A stretch of DNA of 64,000 bases from Octopus sinensis (GCF_006345805.1 NC_043008.1:248001-312000); one strand, 5' to 3'. Shown: positions 11,613 to 24,360, numbered from the stretch's first letter. Numbers and translations: made by a program. The notes: generated by a model from the sequence alone, not told the origin.

Positions 11613-12086
11613 CATACTTTCGGCTCGTTTGTAGGAGGCGCCACATACGATGTACAAGATAATTTTATTTGAACAAAAAAACAACAAAAAAAAAACAAAA
11701 GAAAAGAACAGAGCAAACTATAAAAAGAAATTATAAATGAAAAGAAAAGAATGAAAGATCAAGAACAGAGAACGAAATCTCCAGTTTCAGCTACAGCAGT
11801 CCAAAATAAAACAGGATAAAGAATTCTATTTCTTTTTTCTTTTTTTTCCTACATCAAAGACAGTTCAAGCCAGACAAGTAAGTTCTGTGAGAATCTTGGG
11901 TGTTATTTTCTCCACAATTGTCACTCTTAGAGTATCGCTATCAACATGGCTTCGTCGTTCCATCGCCGCCCACCAGTTGCAATGAGCCACGTGCGTAGCT
12001 ACTCATGTTTCCACGCTTACAAGAATGTCGAGGTTGTTATTATGCTAGCAATATCAAAACTCCCCCCTGTCTCTTTCTCTCCCATC

Positions 12087-12320
12087 TATACATACATACA
12101 TACATACATACATACACATGTAATACATACATATAAACATACATACATAATACATACATACATACACACGTTATATATACATATAAACATACATAATAAT
12201 ACATACATACATACATACATACATACATACACGTAATACATACATACATACATACATACATACACACGTAATACATACATATAAACATACATACATAATA
12301 CACACAAACATACATATATT
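12087..12320. repeat. (TACA)n microsatellite
   Basis: Read directly. Confidence 0.9.
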
Positions 12321-12362
12321 CATAAATCCATGCACACACACATAAGTGTGTGTGTGTGTGTG

Positions 12363-12600
12363 TGTGACCAAGTGGTTAGGCCATTCAATTCACGATCGTA
12401 AGATTGTGCGTTTGATACCCTGCGGCGCGTTGTGTTCTTGAGCAAGACACTTTATCACATGTAGCTCCTGTCAACAACTAAGCTAATAAAAATGAGTTCT
12501 ACCTGTACGCGTAAGAGCCAGCATTCTGTCTCACGTGATTGTGCAGTCCTCGGGTATTTGCACGTTAATTTCACTAGTAAGCTGTTCCGACGGAGTGCCA
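12363..12600 (+). mobile_element. tRNA-derived SINE family S3
   Basis: AAGTGGTTAGG..CACGATCGTAAG..GCGTTGTGTTCTTGAGCAAGACACTTTAT, shared with 30733 and 45953. Confidence 0.75.
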
Positions 12601-12677
12601 GAAGATAGTGTGGCCCAAAAGTAGGCTTACAGTTATTCAATTATCTCTTTCGCATTCATATATTCGTTTCTACTCTA

Positions 12678-13015
12678 GGCACAAGGCTAAAAATTTTGGG
12701 AGAGGAGCAATCGATTACTTCGACCCCAGTACGTAACTGGTACTTAATTTATCGACCCCGAAAAAATGAAAGGCAAAGTTGACCTCGGCGGAATTTGAAC
12801 TCAAAACGTAAAGACAGGCAGAACATCTATTTCTTTACCACCCACAAAGGGCTTAACACAGAGAGGACAAACAAGGACAGACAAACGTATTAAGTCGATT
12901 ATATCGACCCCAGTGCGTAACTGGTACTTATTTAATCGACCCCGAAAGGATGAAAGGCAAAGTCGACCTCGGCAGAATTTGAACTCAGAACGCTTTGCGG
13001 CAGACGAAATACCAC
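12678..13015 (-). mobile_element. SINE S1 head-to-tail dimer
   Basis: Two GAAAGGCAAAGT.GACCTCGGC cores about 180 bp apart. Confidence 0.85.
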
Positions 13016-13246
13016 CCCAAATTCTGTAAGACAGCAGCTGCTACACTGTGAATCATAAATATTTATAGGTTATCTAAATCTGGCTGCAAAATGCCGGTCG
13101 TCTGTCTTTTGTCCCTCGATTACCAAATGTACTTCGAAACTGATGTAGTGTTTCCACGTGGCAATGACTAACTGAACTTTTGCATTCTTGCTGGCGACTT
13201 TTGAAGGGGTATTCTGTAGCCCCGGCTGGACTGTGATAGTGGCATG

Positions 13247-13745
13247 CATGGCTGTGTAGTAAGAAACTTGTTTCCAAAACATATGATCTTGGGTTTAGTC
13301 CCAACACAGCACCTTGAGTAAGTGTCTTCTACGACAGCCCCGGGCAAACCAAAGCCTTGTGAGTGTATTTAGCAGATAAAAATATCACACACACACACAT
13401 GAATACATACATACACACATAAAAACACACACACACACACACATACATACATACATATATGAATACATACATACACACATATATGAATACATACATACAC
13501 ACATACATACATATTTATATGTATGTATATGTCAATGTTTGAGGTTTTGTAAATGCGTTTGTTTCCCAACACCACTTGACATCCGGTGTTGGTTTGCAAC
13601 TTACCGGTTCGGCGAAAAGTGACCGACAGGAAAAGTACCAGGCTTGAAGTAATAAGTAGTAAAATCGGTTTGTGCAATTAAACCCTTCAATGTGGTGCTC
13701 CAGCATGTCCGCTGTTTAGAAAACAAGTCAAAGACAAAATATAAG
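13247..13745 (+). mobile_element. SINE family S2 with internal microsatellite
   Basis: Head GGCTGTGTAGTAAG, AAAGCCTTGTGAGTG, tail GGTGCTCCAGCATG. Confidence 0.75.
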
Positions 13746-13867
13746 AAGACCAGCAGAGTTCCTGAAGCTGAGACGTTTTATAATTCAAGTCGGCCCAACT
13801 CCGAAGTTAGGTCGGTTTACTTTTTGATTTATATTTTTAATGACACATGGAATAAGCTGATTTCATT

Positions 13868-14260
13868 TTTCGGCACAAGGCCAGTAATTTCGGATTACAT
13901 CAGCCCCAGTATTCAACTGGATATTTAGATAATCGACTCCGGAAAGATAAAAGGCAAAGCCAGCCTCGGCGTAATTTGAACTCAGAGCGTAAAGGTGAAC
14001 GAAATTCGTGCTAAAGATTCTGCAAGCTCGCCGCCTTCACATATGTAGATGCTGATTTCAAAATTTGGCACAAGGCCAGCAATTTTCGGTACTTATTTTA
14101 TTTTATTTTATACTTATTTCGATACTTATTTTATCGAGTCCGAAAGGATGAAAGGCAAACTCAACATCCATGGAATTTCAACTCCGAACGTAAAGACGGA
14201 CGAAATACCGCAAAGCATTTTGTACGGCGTGCTAACGATTCTGCTAGCTCGCTACCTTCA
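13868..14260 (-). mobile_element. Two diverged S1 SINE copies
   Basis: Two GAAAG.T.AAAGGCAAA cores with GCTCGC ends. Confidence 0.7.
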
Positions 14261-14668
14261 CATATGTAAATATTAACAACTCTGCAAGGTTTTCTATAGA
14301 GGTTCTGCCGTATTTGACCTCCAATTTGTTATTTCATGCAATTTCTCTAAATCTACTCCAATTCTGTAAGGAAAATGTATAAAGACTGCCGTAACCAGAA
14401 TTCGAACTAGGCTTTCATTCTTCTGGGCTTTTGAATATATATCTCAGCAACTTTTCAAATATTCGGCGTCGTTTCAATGTTATCAATCAATATTTTTGCT
14501 GATTAGTAATATAAACGACAATATCCAATTCGTCATTATTTATTGCTTACTCCCTAAGGAAAGAAATTGAATGTCACGTTTCTCGTTTTTCTTTTGGGAG
14601 TTTCCAAAAACATGACCCATTTTTAAAACTGGTTACAGCTAATTTCACATCAATTAATTCTTATTTAT

Positions 14669-14850
14669 TTATTACCCACAAGGGGCTAAACATAGAGGGG
14701 ACAAACAAGAACAGATAAAGGGATTATGTCGATTACATCGACCCCAGTGCGTAACTGGTACTTTATTTATCGACCCTGAAAGGATGAAAGGCAAATTCTG
14801 CCTCGGCGGAATTTGAACTCAGAACGTAACGTTTCTGCCAGCTCGCCGCC
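14669..14850 (-). mobile_element. SINE S1, internally deleted head
   Basis: TACCCACAAGGGGCTAAAC...CCTCGGCGGAATTTGAACTCAGAACG..GCCAGCTCGCCGCC. Confidence 0.8.
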
Positions 14851-15802
14851 ATCCTATTAATTGTGTAAAGCGTTTCTGCAAGGCATGAAGCTTCCACTAA
14901 CTCTACGGCCAAAAGACTTAGTTCTCTCTCTTGCGCGCTGTCTCTCTTTCTCTAACAACTTCTGTCTTTCTCTCTCTGCCTCTCTCTCTCGCTCCTTCTC
15001 ATTGAGTTAATTGCAAAACACTTATAACTCCCTAAAACCTTTAACACTCTATATTCTTCTCTTTCACTTTCTGTTTCTCTTCCGCTTTCTTGCTCTTGGC
15101 TATAAATATAACAACCAACTATAAATTCTAAAACTGAATCTCGATTTATTTTGGTTTTTCAGAAAAATCAACACCACCGGTTTCAATGGTCTCGTCAATC
15201 TATTGCTCTTGCCAAGTCTTCTGGAGAAGCTACTTCTGATTGAATCCGAAATTCTTCGGTTGTGAAGCAATTTTCTTAAGAGAGCAGCCATTCTTGAATC
15301 TGGAAAATTTGCCTTCATTACGAAAAAAACAAACAAACAAAAACAAAACAAAACAAAAAAACATAGAGTTGAGGCTGCGATACTTAAGTTGATGAAACTA
15401 GAATATTTTTTATCAATTGATATTACAACAATTATAAAAAATATCATTAATGCTAATGAAAATTACTCGAAAATAGGACAAGGGAGAGAATTTAGATATT
15501 TATGTTGACCAAATGTTGAATTGTGTGAAATACGTAGGACAGGGCAGTGAAACTGACCTTTGGCTGTTGTGGTGCAACGGTAGTTTTTGATACTTCGTTC
15601 TAGACTGATCAATATTTTCTACAATACCTGTGAATATATTATTCCTATATATCGAAGCACGAATTTCGCCTTACCAAGTGAGAAACAGGTACACGCCATT
15701 GACAAACTGGTTTAGAGACATAAAAATCCTGCACAAGATTAGCGTCTTACCTCCGCCAAGTTTGCAAGAGGAATGCTGGTTAAATTGATATCATGATTTC
15801 GA

Positions 15803-15856
<54 letters not shown>

Positions 15857-16197
15857 AAGGGTACGACAGGAACACATGCATCGCTAAAAATAAACGTCAA
15901 AATACTTCTAAACCACGGAAGTATATATATATATAATATATATATAAATACAAAATTGGACAAGAACGCAAAACATCCAGGCAGTTACTTGATACAAAAA
16001 TGGGACAACAAAACATCCGTCCTTGTTTTCTTATATGCTTTCTTCCAAGGAAACTAATGCTCTTAACTTAGTTTTTCCTTGGGGGTGGCCAGACTGGAGC
16101 AATCTAGAGTATAACCCACCGAAATTACAAGATAATCTGGAACTCGACTGAGGAAAGAAAACGCCCATTAAACAACAGCAAACAGACCCGACTGAAG

Positions 16198-16343
16198 TCA
16201 TGTTCGGTCTCCCATACTGTTTATGGCCTTCTGGTGTTTGGAATCATCTGCAAATATTTTCAATGTACAGTGTTTGATAACGTCTACAATGTAATTGATG
16301 TAGAGAACGAAGAGGAGTGGGTTAACACAATACCTTGTGGGAC
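16198..16343 (-). pseudogene. CR1/Jockey-like LINE reverse transcriptase fragment
   Basis: VPQGIVL, frameshift, then PLLFVLYINYIVDVIKHCTLKIFADDSK; FADD at 16243-16254. Confidence 0.88.
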
Positions 16344-16352
16344 ATAAGGTAT

Positions 16353-16396
<44 letters not shown>

Positions 16397-16412
16397 ATAC
16401 ACACACACAGAG

Positions 16413-16455
<43 letters not shown>

Positions 16456-16978
16456 CGAGGGTGAGTCAAAAAGTAATGCCATTTCGTTTAGGACAGCTAT
16501 AATTACCAGCACAGGAACATGTATCATACATCAAAATGAAGCTGGTCCTCTGTGGATCACATCCCTACTTCTCAATAGCAATGTCCCACCTTCGAATGAG
16601 AGCATGTATCCCTGCCATGTAAAATTCTGTTGACTGTTCTTTGAGCCTCTTCTTTACTGCAAAGTCAAAGAGACAACAAGGCTCGTAACAGGTGATGAAA
16701 CATGGGTTCATCATTATGAACCGGAATCAAAGAGGAAGTCGATGGACTGGCGCCTCTCTACGTCACCACCACCGAAAAAATTCGAGACGCAAAAGTCAGC
16801 TGCAAAAATCATGGTGACTGTCTTTTGGGATGCTCAAAGTGTCATTCTGGTCGATTTTTTTTGCCAAAAGGAAAAACAATAAACTCATAATAAGCTTCAT
16901 TTTGATGTAAGATACATGTTCCTGTGATAGTAATTATACCTGTCCTAAACAAAATGGCATTACTTTTGACTCACCTCG
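16456..16978. mobile_element. Non-autonomous mariner element with internally inverted transposase fragments
   Basis: TA flanks and ~87-bp inverted ends. Plus strand LVTGDETWVHHYEPESKRKSMDW...KIMVTVFWD (16682-16858); minus strand AVKKRLKEQSTEFYMAGIHALIRRWDIAIEK* (16565-16660). Confidence 0.93.
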
Positions 16979-18687
16979 TATATTTATATACATGTATATT
17001 TATGGAATATCACACAAATTTATCCAGGATTTTGACAAGCTATTACTCGCTAAATATATCTTCTGTTTCAGTAGCAACTCGTTACAATTAATCTGCTAAA
17101 ATTAGCGTGACCTTTGAAGAAAGGAAATGTATCTGAAAGTGCAACTGGAAGCTTGGGAACGCAGCTGAAATGAAAAAAGAATCTGTGTTGAAAACAAATT
17201 TGAATAGATCCATTATCTTGATTAACCTTTGTTCGCATTAAAAATAAATTTGAAACAGAGATATTGAGAAGAGAAAATAGAAACATAAATTTGATGGTCT
17301 GAGGATCTGAAGGAGGGATGAGAGGGCTGTTAGAAATTTACCATCGATCTCAAGTTATGTCATTTTGCTTTTGATAACACAGTCTTTAGTGCCGTAATTT
17401 TCAGCTTGCCTCAGGTACCTGCTATGACATGCATTTACGAGGTGTTTCGGGATGTAGTGGGGATTGAATTCATAATTTCATTATGATAGGCCATTATATG
17501 GCCAATCTTGATGAAAGTCTGTGGGGCGGATAAAATACTCCGGCTGTCACCAGACGTCATATCAATGGCCATATTTAAAAGAAAAAAACCCCTAAAATCA
17601 GTAATATGACGTACAACCAGTAATAATTAATGAAATGAAAGCAGGTACTTGAAAGAAAATGCTCTCAAAATACCGAATTTAATGATGTGTGGGGCTTGCA
17701 GTCCAGTCAGTCAATATTATTACAGCCAGGATCTCCATCATTTATGATAATTAATAAAATTCTTCTTTTGTCATATTTAAGTTGATTTATAAAACTTTGT
17801 TGTATCTTAGTATATATAATTTCTGTTCGTGAACATTCAAAATGTGGGTGAATTTTTTGAGATTATCCCGTGTGCTTCAGTACATATATTTGTGTGAATG
17901 TGTGAATGTATAATTTGTGTGAATGTATATTTGTGTGAATGTATAATTAATTAAATATATGAGAGGGCGAATAGCATCTCAGTTTGTGAGTATGCGTGTT
18001 CGTATGTGTGTCTATATAAATATGCATACACACACATATGTATATACTGGCTGTACGTGTATACTCGTATATGTATGTTTTAGCCATTCCTCTACGCCAT
18101 AAGCTGTTAATATAATCTAGTAAAATAATCTAACAACAACAACAATAATACGCGCTGCTCACCAGATACCCACACCAATCCCTTTTGAGTCTTGTACTAC
18201 ATAGAGTCGATATATTTAGCCACTAATAGTTTCTATGTTTGTTTAATCTATTATTGCATAATTAGATGAATTCCATTCTTTAATGATCCATGCACAGCTG
18301 TTTAAGAACTTGTCTGCTAATAGTCGCAACAGTTATTTATAGATTCCCGACTACAAAACTTTATTGAAGCGATTTCATACCTGCAAGCGAAGGAGTTAAC
18401 TACACAAAAATATATCATTTCTTTATGTTAAATACAGGTGTTAGTTGAAGTGAAATGTTGACGAAATACTTGAAAGGCCAATAAATGAGAAAAGTAATCA
18501 ATGAATAACTAGAATAGTTGAGAAATTAAGTAAAATATAGTTGTTGAAATATGAGTCATGTCTAAAATATTCCTTGGTGTATTCCACTGGTTATTTCTGT
18601 TGCAGACAGGAAGTATTTTCATGTCATTCAGACATTAAATGAGATATGTTTAGTTAAGCAGTCAAGCTAATTAAATATTATTATTAA

Positions 18688-18769
18688 CATCATCATCATC
18701 ATCATCATCATCGTCGTATTCGTCATCATCATCATCACCATCACCATCATCACCATCATCATCATCATC

Positions 18770-18801
<32 letters not shown>

Positions 18802-18979
18802 CACTATCACCATCACCACCATCATCATCATCATCATCGTCGTATTCGTCATCATCATCATCACCATCACCATCATCACCATCATCATCATCATCATCAC
18901 CATCATCACCATCATCATCATCATCATCACTATCACCATCACCACCATCATCATCATCATCATCATCGTCGTATTCGTC

Positions 18980-19011
<32 letters not shown>

Positions 19012-19160
19012 CATCATCACCACCATCATCACCACCATCATCATCATCATCACCACCACCATCAACATCATCATCATCATCATCATCATCACCACCATCA
19101 TCACCACCACCACCACCATCATCATTATTATTATTATTATTATCATTATTATTATTATTG
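18688..19160. repeat. (CAT/CAC)n tract with ~127-bp higher-order period, then (ATT)n
   Basis: Marker TCGTCGTATTCG at 18711, 18837 and 18966. Confidence 0.9.
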
Positions 19161-19409
19161 CAGTTTGTAATGCATAGGTGCAGATTTGGCGGTGTGGTTT
19201 AGAAGCTCGTTTTGCAGCTGCACTGCGCAGCACCTTCGGTACGGTATCTTGTACTGTAGCACACCGGTCCGGCTAATGCTTCTAAGTGAATATATTCAAG
19301 ACTTTTATCTCTGTCTCAATTTCACTTGAGCACTTCTTCTTTGCAGTACTATGTATCTTTTTTTGTTTCCATAAGAAGAAACAAGAATTATTTCTCGTTA
19401 TATATATAT

Positions 19410-19455
<46 letters not shown>

Positions 19456-19557
19456 ACCTCACGTTTAATATAGACGTATATATATATAATATATATATAT
19501 ATATAGTTATATATATCATATATATTACATATATATGTATATGTGTATATCTATATG

Positions 19558-19604
<47 letters not shown>

Positions 19605-19797
19605 TATATATATATATATTGGGGTTAGTAAAATAAATTACTTTGCCACATACTGAACTCATCAGAAATAGCAGCTAAAGAAATTTCTTCAGCTATTTCT
19701 AATACTTAAAGAAGATCTCTCTCAGATAGTGTTTGCCTAAACTAACTCACAAAAGTATGGGGGAAAAAACATTAAAAAATCAAGTGCAAAGGTTATT

Positions 19798-19848
19798 TGA
19801 GAACGTACGTTTCTAGATTAGTCAATTCGACATTCTTTCTTCAGCTCA
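19798..19848 (-). ncRNA. Hammerhead ribozyme motif, array copy 1
   Basis: UGAG-CUGAAGA-...-GAAA-CGUACG-UU-CUCA on the minus strand. Confidence 0.6.
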
Positions 19849-20354
19849 GAATTCCTTGAATCGGATTTGGGAACACTGAAAGTCGGGAGCATACCCTTTC
19901 GGCTTCTAATCACCTCTAGAATTCTGCTCGAACTAAAAGTGCTATCAAATTCGAATATGCAAGCGAAGAATTTCTGCTCTCCCCTTTCCACCAGCGTGGG
20001 TTAAAATTGACAAACACCATGTATTAACGGTGAAAACCGCAGCATTTTACAGAGAAAGATGAATTATAATTTCAACAATTGAGGGTAAAATTAATTAATT
20101 ATTAATCAATTCACCAAGTATTCAGTATGTAAAGGGACCATTATAGGCGAATTCAAAATATTACATTATATATAAGGGCTTAGTAAAATAAATTACTTTG
20201 CCACATACTGAACTCATCAGAAATAGCAGCTAAAGAAATTTCTTCAGCTATTTCTAATACTTAAAGAAGATCTCTCTCAGATAGTGTTTGCCTAAACTAA
20301 CTCACAAAAGTATGGGGAAAAAACATTAAAAAATCAATCAGTGCAAAGGTTATT

Positions 20355-20406
20355 TGAGAACGTACGTTTCTAGATTAGTCAATTCGACATTTCTTTCTTC
20401 AGCTCA
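20355..20406 (-). ncRNA. Hammerhead ribozyme motif, array copy 2
   Basis: Same motif as copy 1. Confidence 0.6.
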
Positions 20407-20818
20407 GAATTCCTTGAATCGGATTTGGGAACACTGAAAGTCGGGAGCATACCCTTTCGGCTTCTAATCACCTCTAGAATTCTGCTCTGCTCGAAATAAA
20501 AGTGCTATCAAATTCGAATATGCAAGCGAAGAATTTCTGCTCTCCCCTTTCCACCAGCGTGGGTTAAAATTGACAACACCATGTATTAACGGTGAAAACC
20601 GAAGCATTTACAGAGAAAGATGAATTATAATTTCAACAATTGAGGGTAAAATTAATTAATTATTAATCAATTTCACCAAGTATTCAGTATGTAAAGGGAC
20701 CATATTGCATATTCGAATTTGATAGCACTTTTAGTTCGAGCAGAATTCTAGAGGTGATTAGAAGCCGAAAGGGTATGCTCCCGACTTTCAGTGTTCCCAA
20801 ATCCGATTCAAGGAATTC

Positions 20819-20870
20819 TGAGCTGAAGAAAGAAATGTCGAATTGACTAATCTAGAAACGTACGTTCTCA
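20819..20870 (+). ncRNA. Hammerhead ribozyme motif, array copy 3
   Basis: Helix I UGAG/CUCA, core CUGAAGA 20823-20829, helix II AGA/UCU plus GUC/GAC, GAAA 20855-20858, palindromic ACGUACGU, site GUU at 20866. Confidence 0.62.
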
Positions 20871-21373
20871 AATAACCTTTGCACTTGATTTTTTAATGTT
20901 TTTTCCCCCATACTTTTGTGAGTTAGTTTAGGCAAACACTATCTGAGAGAGATCTTCTTAAGTATTAGAATAGCTGAAGAAATTTCTTTAGCTGCTATTT
21001 CTGATGAGTTCAGTATGTGGCAAAGTAATTTATTTTACTAAGCCCTTATATATAATGTAATATTTTGAATTCGCCTATAATGGTCCCTTTACATACTGAA
21101 TACTTGGTGAAATTGATTAATAATTAATTAATTTTACCCTCAATTGGTTGAAATTATAATTCATCTTTCTCTGTAAAATGCTGCGGTTTTCACCGTTAAT
21201 ACATGGTGTTTGTCAATTTTAACCCACGCTGGTGGAAAGGGGAGAGCAGAAATTCTTCGCTTGCATATTCGAATTTGATAGCACTTTTAGTTCGAGCAGA
21301 ATTCTAGAGGTGATTAGAAGCCGAAAGGGTATGCTCCCGACTTTCAGTGTTCCCAAATCCGATTCAAGGAATC

Positions 21374-21425
21374 TGAGCTGAAGAAAGAAATGTCGAATTG
21401 ACTAATCTAGAAACGTACGTTCTCA
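21374..21425 (+). ncRNA. Hammerhead ribozyme motif, array copy 4
   Basis: Same motif; predicted site 21421, 555 nt after copy 3. Confidence 0.62.
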
Positions 21426-21727
21426 AATAACCTTTGCACTTGATTTTTTAATGTTTTTTCCCCCATACTTTTGTGAGTTAGTTTAGCAAACACTATCTGA
21501 GAGAGATCTTCTTTAAGTATTAGAATAGCTGAAGAAATTTCTTTAGCTGCTATTTCTGATGAGTTCAGTATGTGGCAAAGTAATTTATTTTACTAAGCCC
21601 TTATATATAATGTAATATTTTGAATTCGCCTATAATGGTCCCTTTACATACTGAATACTTGGTGAAATTGATTAATAATTAATTAATTTTACCCTCAATT
21701 GTTGAAATTATATATATATATATATAG

Positions 21728-21758
<31 letters not shown>

Positions 21759-22138
21759 TATACTATATATAATATATATATACGTCTATATTAAACGTGA
21801 GGTTACAATATGCACCTGTTTTCTATAATTCCTCTTTCTAGCAAACGGGTACATTTTGTACCCTGACTTTTAAAATATATTTTGTCTATTTGGTTTATGT
21901 TTGCGAGCGACCTTATCATTATTTTTTTTAAAGATAATGATAACTTATAAGAATTTTCTATGTATGTGTGAGTGTATATATCTATATATATATATATTAG
22001 AAGGAAATTCGTAATTCCTTTAATGCATTGTTACGTGCGTTTCTACAAGCCTCATGCTTTAGTTGTATTCCCCCCTAGGATATTAAAAATGTGATTTGCA
22101 AACTCCATGTATATATGCATATACACATATACACGTTA

Positions 22139-22232
<94 letters not shown>

Positions 22233-22740
22233 TCGTAATGTATATATATATATGTATATAATATATATATATATATATATATAATATACATTCATATATA
22301 TAATAGATATATGTATGTGTATACGTGCATAAACATATATACATTATACATTGCCGGTTATGTATTTCTATACGCATTCGCAATTGTAGTTTTATGTAGG
22401 TACTTCTACACACGTTGCCCAATGATATGTTGATTATATAATGCTGGTTGTCTAATTACCTCTCTAGACACAGATCTAAAATATACTGATTCCTCAAAGT
22501 AATTATATTCATTAAATATCAAGTGTATCTTTACTACAAATCTCCTATTAACTGGTAATGTGTAAATAGTTCAGTAGTTTTCCAAAGACGAAATCTAAAT
22601 CACAGACACAATATGTCTGAAGGTAATTTCTTCTAAAGTAACAATAAAACAATTTAGAAATCGAACAAGAACATCAAGAACATAATCTAAACGTTTAAAA
22701 GTATCTCTGAGTAGAGATGTCAAGTATGGAAGAAATAAGG

Positions 22741-22813
22741 ATAATTCTTAAGTTTCATTGACACAGTTGGTTCACGACAAGTAACGCTGCAATAATGTGA
22801 ATCTTCAGATTAT
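22741..22813 (-). ncRNA. Possible decayed hammerhead
   Basis: AUAAU-CUGAAGA...GAAA-CUUAAG-A-AUUAU; U16.1 is missing and helix II is broken. Confidence 0.25.
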
Positions 22814-23242
22814 AATTGTGTGGTTTTATTACGGGCAGTTAAAATGGCTCTCACATCTGCCACATGCATAGACATGTGCATACAATCTTTAATCTTCTAC
22901 AGCAGCCATGTTGGGACGCTGCCTCGAAAAGATTAGATTAACAATGGCCCGCAGAACTTCTTTTTAAAGACTGGCCTTATTCTGTTCTTTTGCGATTGCT
23001 GAACCGCTATGTCACGGGGACATATACAAACAATCACCTGTCGTCATGCAATGGTGCTATGACATACTCTAACATAAAGACACACAGACACACGTATACA
23101 TATCTACCTATCTATGTATATATATGGCGGGTTTCCACACAATTTCTGCCTACGAAATCGCTCAGTGAGACTGAACCCGAAACCGTGTTGTTGCAAAGCG
23201 AACTTGACAATCAGACAGCCATGTCTGCACCAGTATATATAT

Positions 23243-23390
23243 AATGGAAAACAAAATTATAAATTGAACAATTATGAATACAATTCAATTTAAATATTTT
23301 ATACAAACACAATGAGACGTCATTTGTTTGCATAAAATATTTAAATTGAATTGAGTTCATAATTGTTCAATTATTGTTTAGTTTTCCATT
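23243..23390. repeat. 148-bp AT-rich fold-back
   Basis: ~72-bp arms (AATGGAAAAC...AATGA / TCATT...GTTTTCCATT) around a 4-nt loop GACG. Confidence 0.88.
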
Positions 23391-23744
23391 TCTTATTTAT
23401 ATTTATATATTAATAAACTTATGCTTATTTTTTATTTACCTATTGGAATAACATTGTTATCGAAATAGGTAATACAAACCAGCAAATTCTTTGGATATTT
23501 AATAACCCTTAGGTGAATTTTGCACCTAGCTAAATTGTTATATATATATATATATATGCACAGAGAGAGAGAGAGAGAGAGAGAGAAAGAGGGAAGCAGG
23601 GAGAGAGTGAGTGAGAGAGAGAGAGAGAGATGGATGGATGGATAAATATATAGATGAATATCACAATATGCTTAAGTAATATCCTCAACCCCACCTGCCA
23701 AGAATCCAGGTGCTGTATAGGTGTAGGGTATTATGATAATTTAC

Positions 23745-23799
23745 CTTTCCTCCGTGCTCAATTCGAACACCGGTGCTGTTACTTTCACTTTAAAGTTTT
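23745..23799 (-). CDS. Candidate 55-nt internal exon (xNFKVKVTAPVFELSTEE)
   Basis: CAG acceptor, AG|GTAAAT donor, only one of three frames open; no homolog recognised. Confidence 0.2.
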
Positions 23800-24311
23800 C
23801 TGGTGAATTTAACTTGAAAGTGTTGATATTATTTTTCCCATACAGCAAGAAATGCCTCGCACTCCCGTTCATGGCAGAACTGTTGTACTAGTTTATGACA
23901 TTAAACTCATATTTATGATGGTTATTTCTACACACGGCTCACGTCTACAACTTAGTCATTCAATAATGAAAATAAATTCATTCAAATTTTATTGAATTTA
24001 TAATGGAGATGTCACTCACTAACTTGTAATACAAAAATTAATTTGGGTATTTTCCTTTTGCCAATTTAAATCAAATTTGGACGCAATAAAGTGAGGGTCT
24101 TTTTTCCTCAGAAGTTACAGTAAGTTGCCTATCGTTTTATGACTGGGAACTATAATGGCTTTGATGTCACTGAGAAAGAAACATTTATACATACATACAA
24201 ATGTATTGTGTTGGGTTTTGCAACATTTTGGTAATTATTTGCTTTATTCGTCAAATTAAAACAAAAGTAACTTAACACTGAAAGCAGAGGTCAATATATA
24301 TATAATATATA

Positions 24312-24360
<49 letters not shown>

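Larger units (their letters stand above)
19452..21807. mobile_element. Palindromic array of 555-bp HHR-bearing units bounded by (TA)n and a 27-bp inverted repeat
   Basis: Units at 19625-20179, 20180-20703 (truncated), inverted 20705-21041, 21042-21596 and 21597-21712. TGTAACCTCACGTTTAATATAGACGTA at 19452-19478 and its reverse complement at 21781-21807. Confidence 0.85.

Noticed and set aside
11112-11672. 186-aa Val-rich 'membrane protein' ORF
   Set aside because: It is a product of GTA/GTG triplet repeats with no domain features.
11860-11877. 18-nt micro-exon with GTAAGT donor
   Set aside because: Too short to assess, with an ambiguous acceptor and no supporting neighbours.
15163-15265. LRR-like peptide KINTTGFNGLVNL after an acceptor-like TTTCAG
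   Set aside because: A single short match with no good donor and an in-frame stop; chance is likely.
21001-21112. Second CUGAUGA in the 555-bp unit with a 10-bp stem across the junction
   Set aside because: Eight extra nt precede GAAA, and no helix I/III register gives a valid NUH site.
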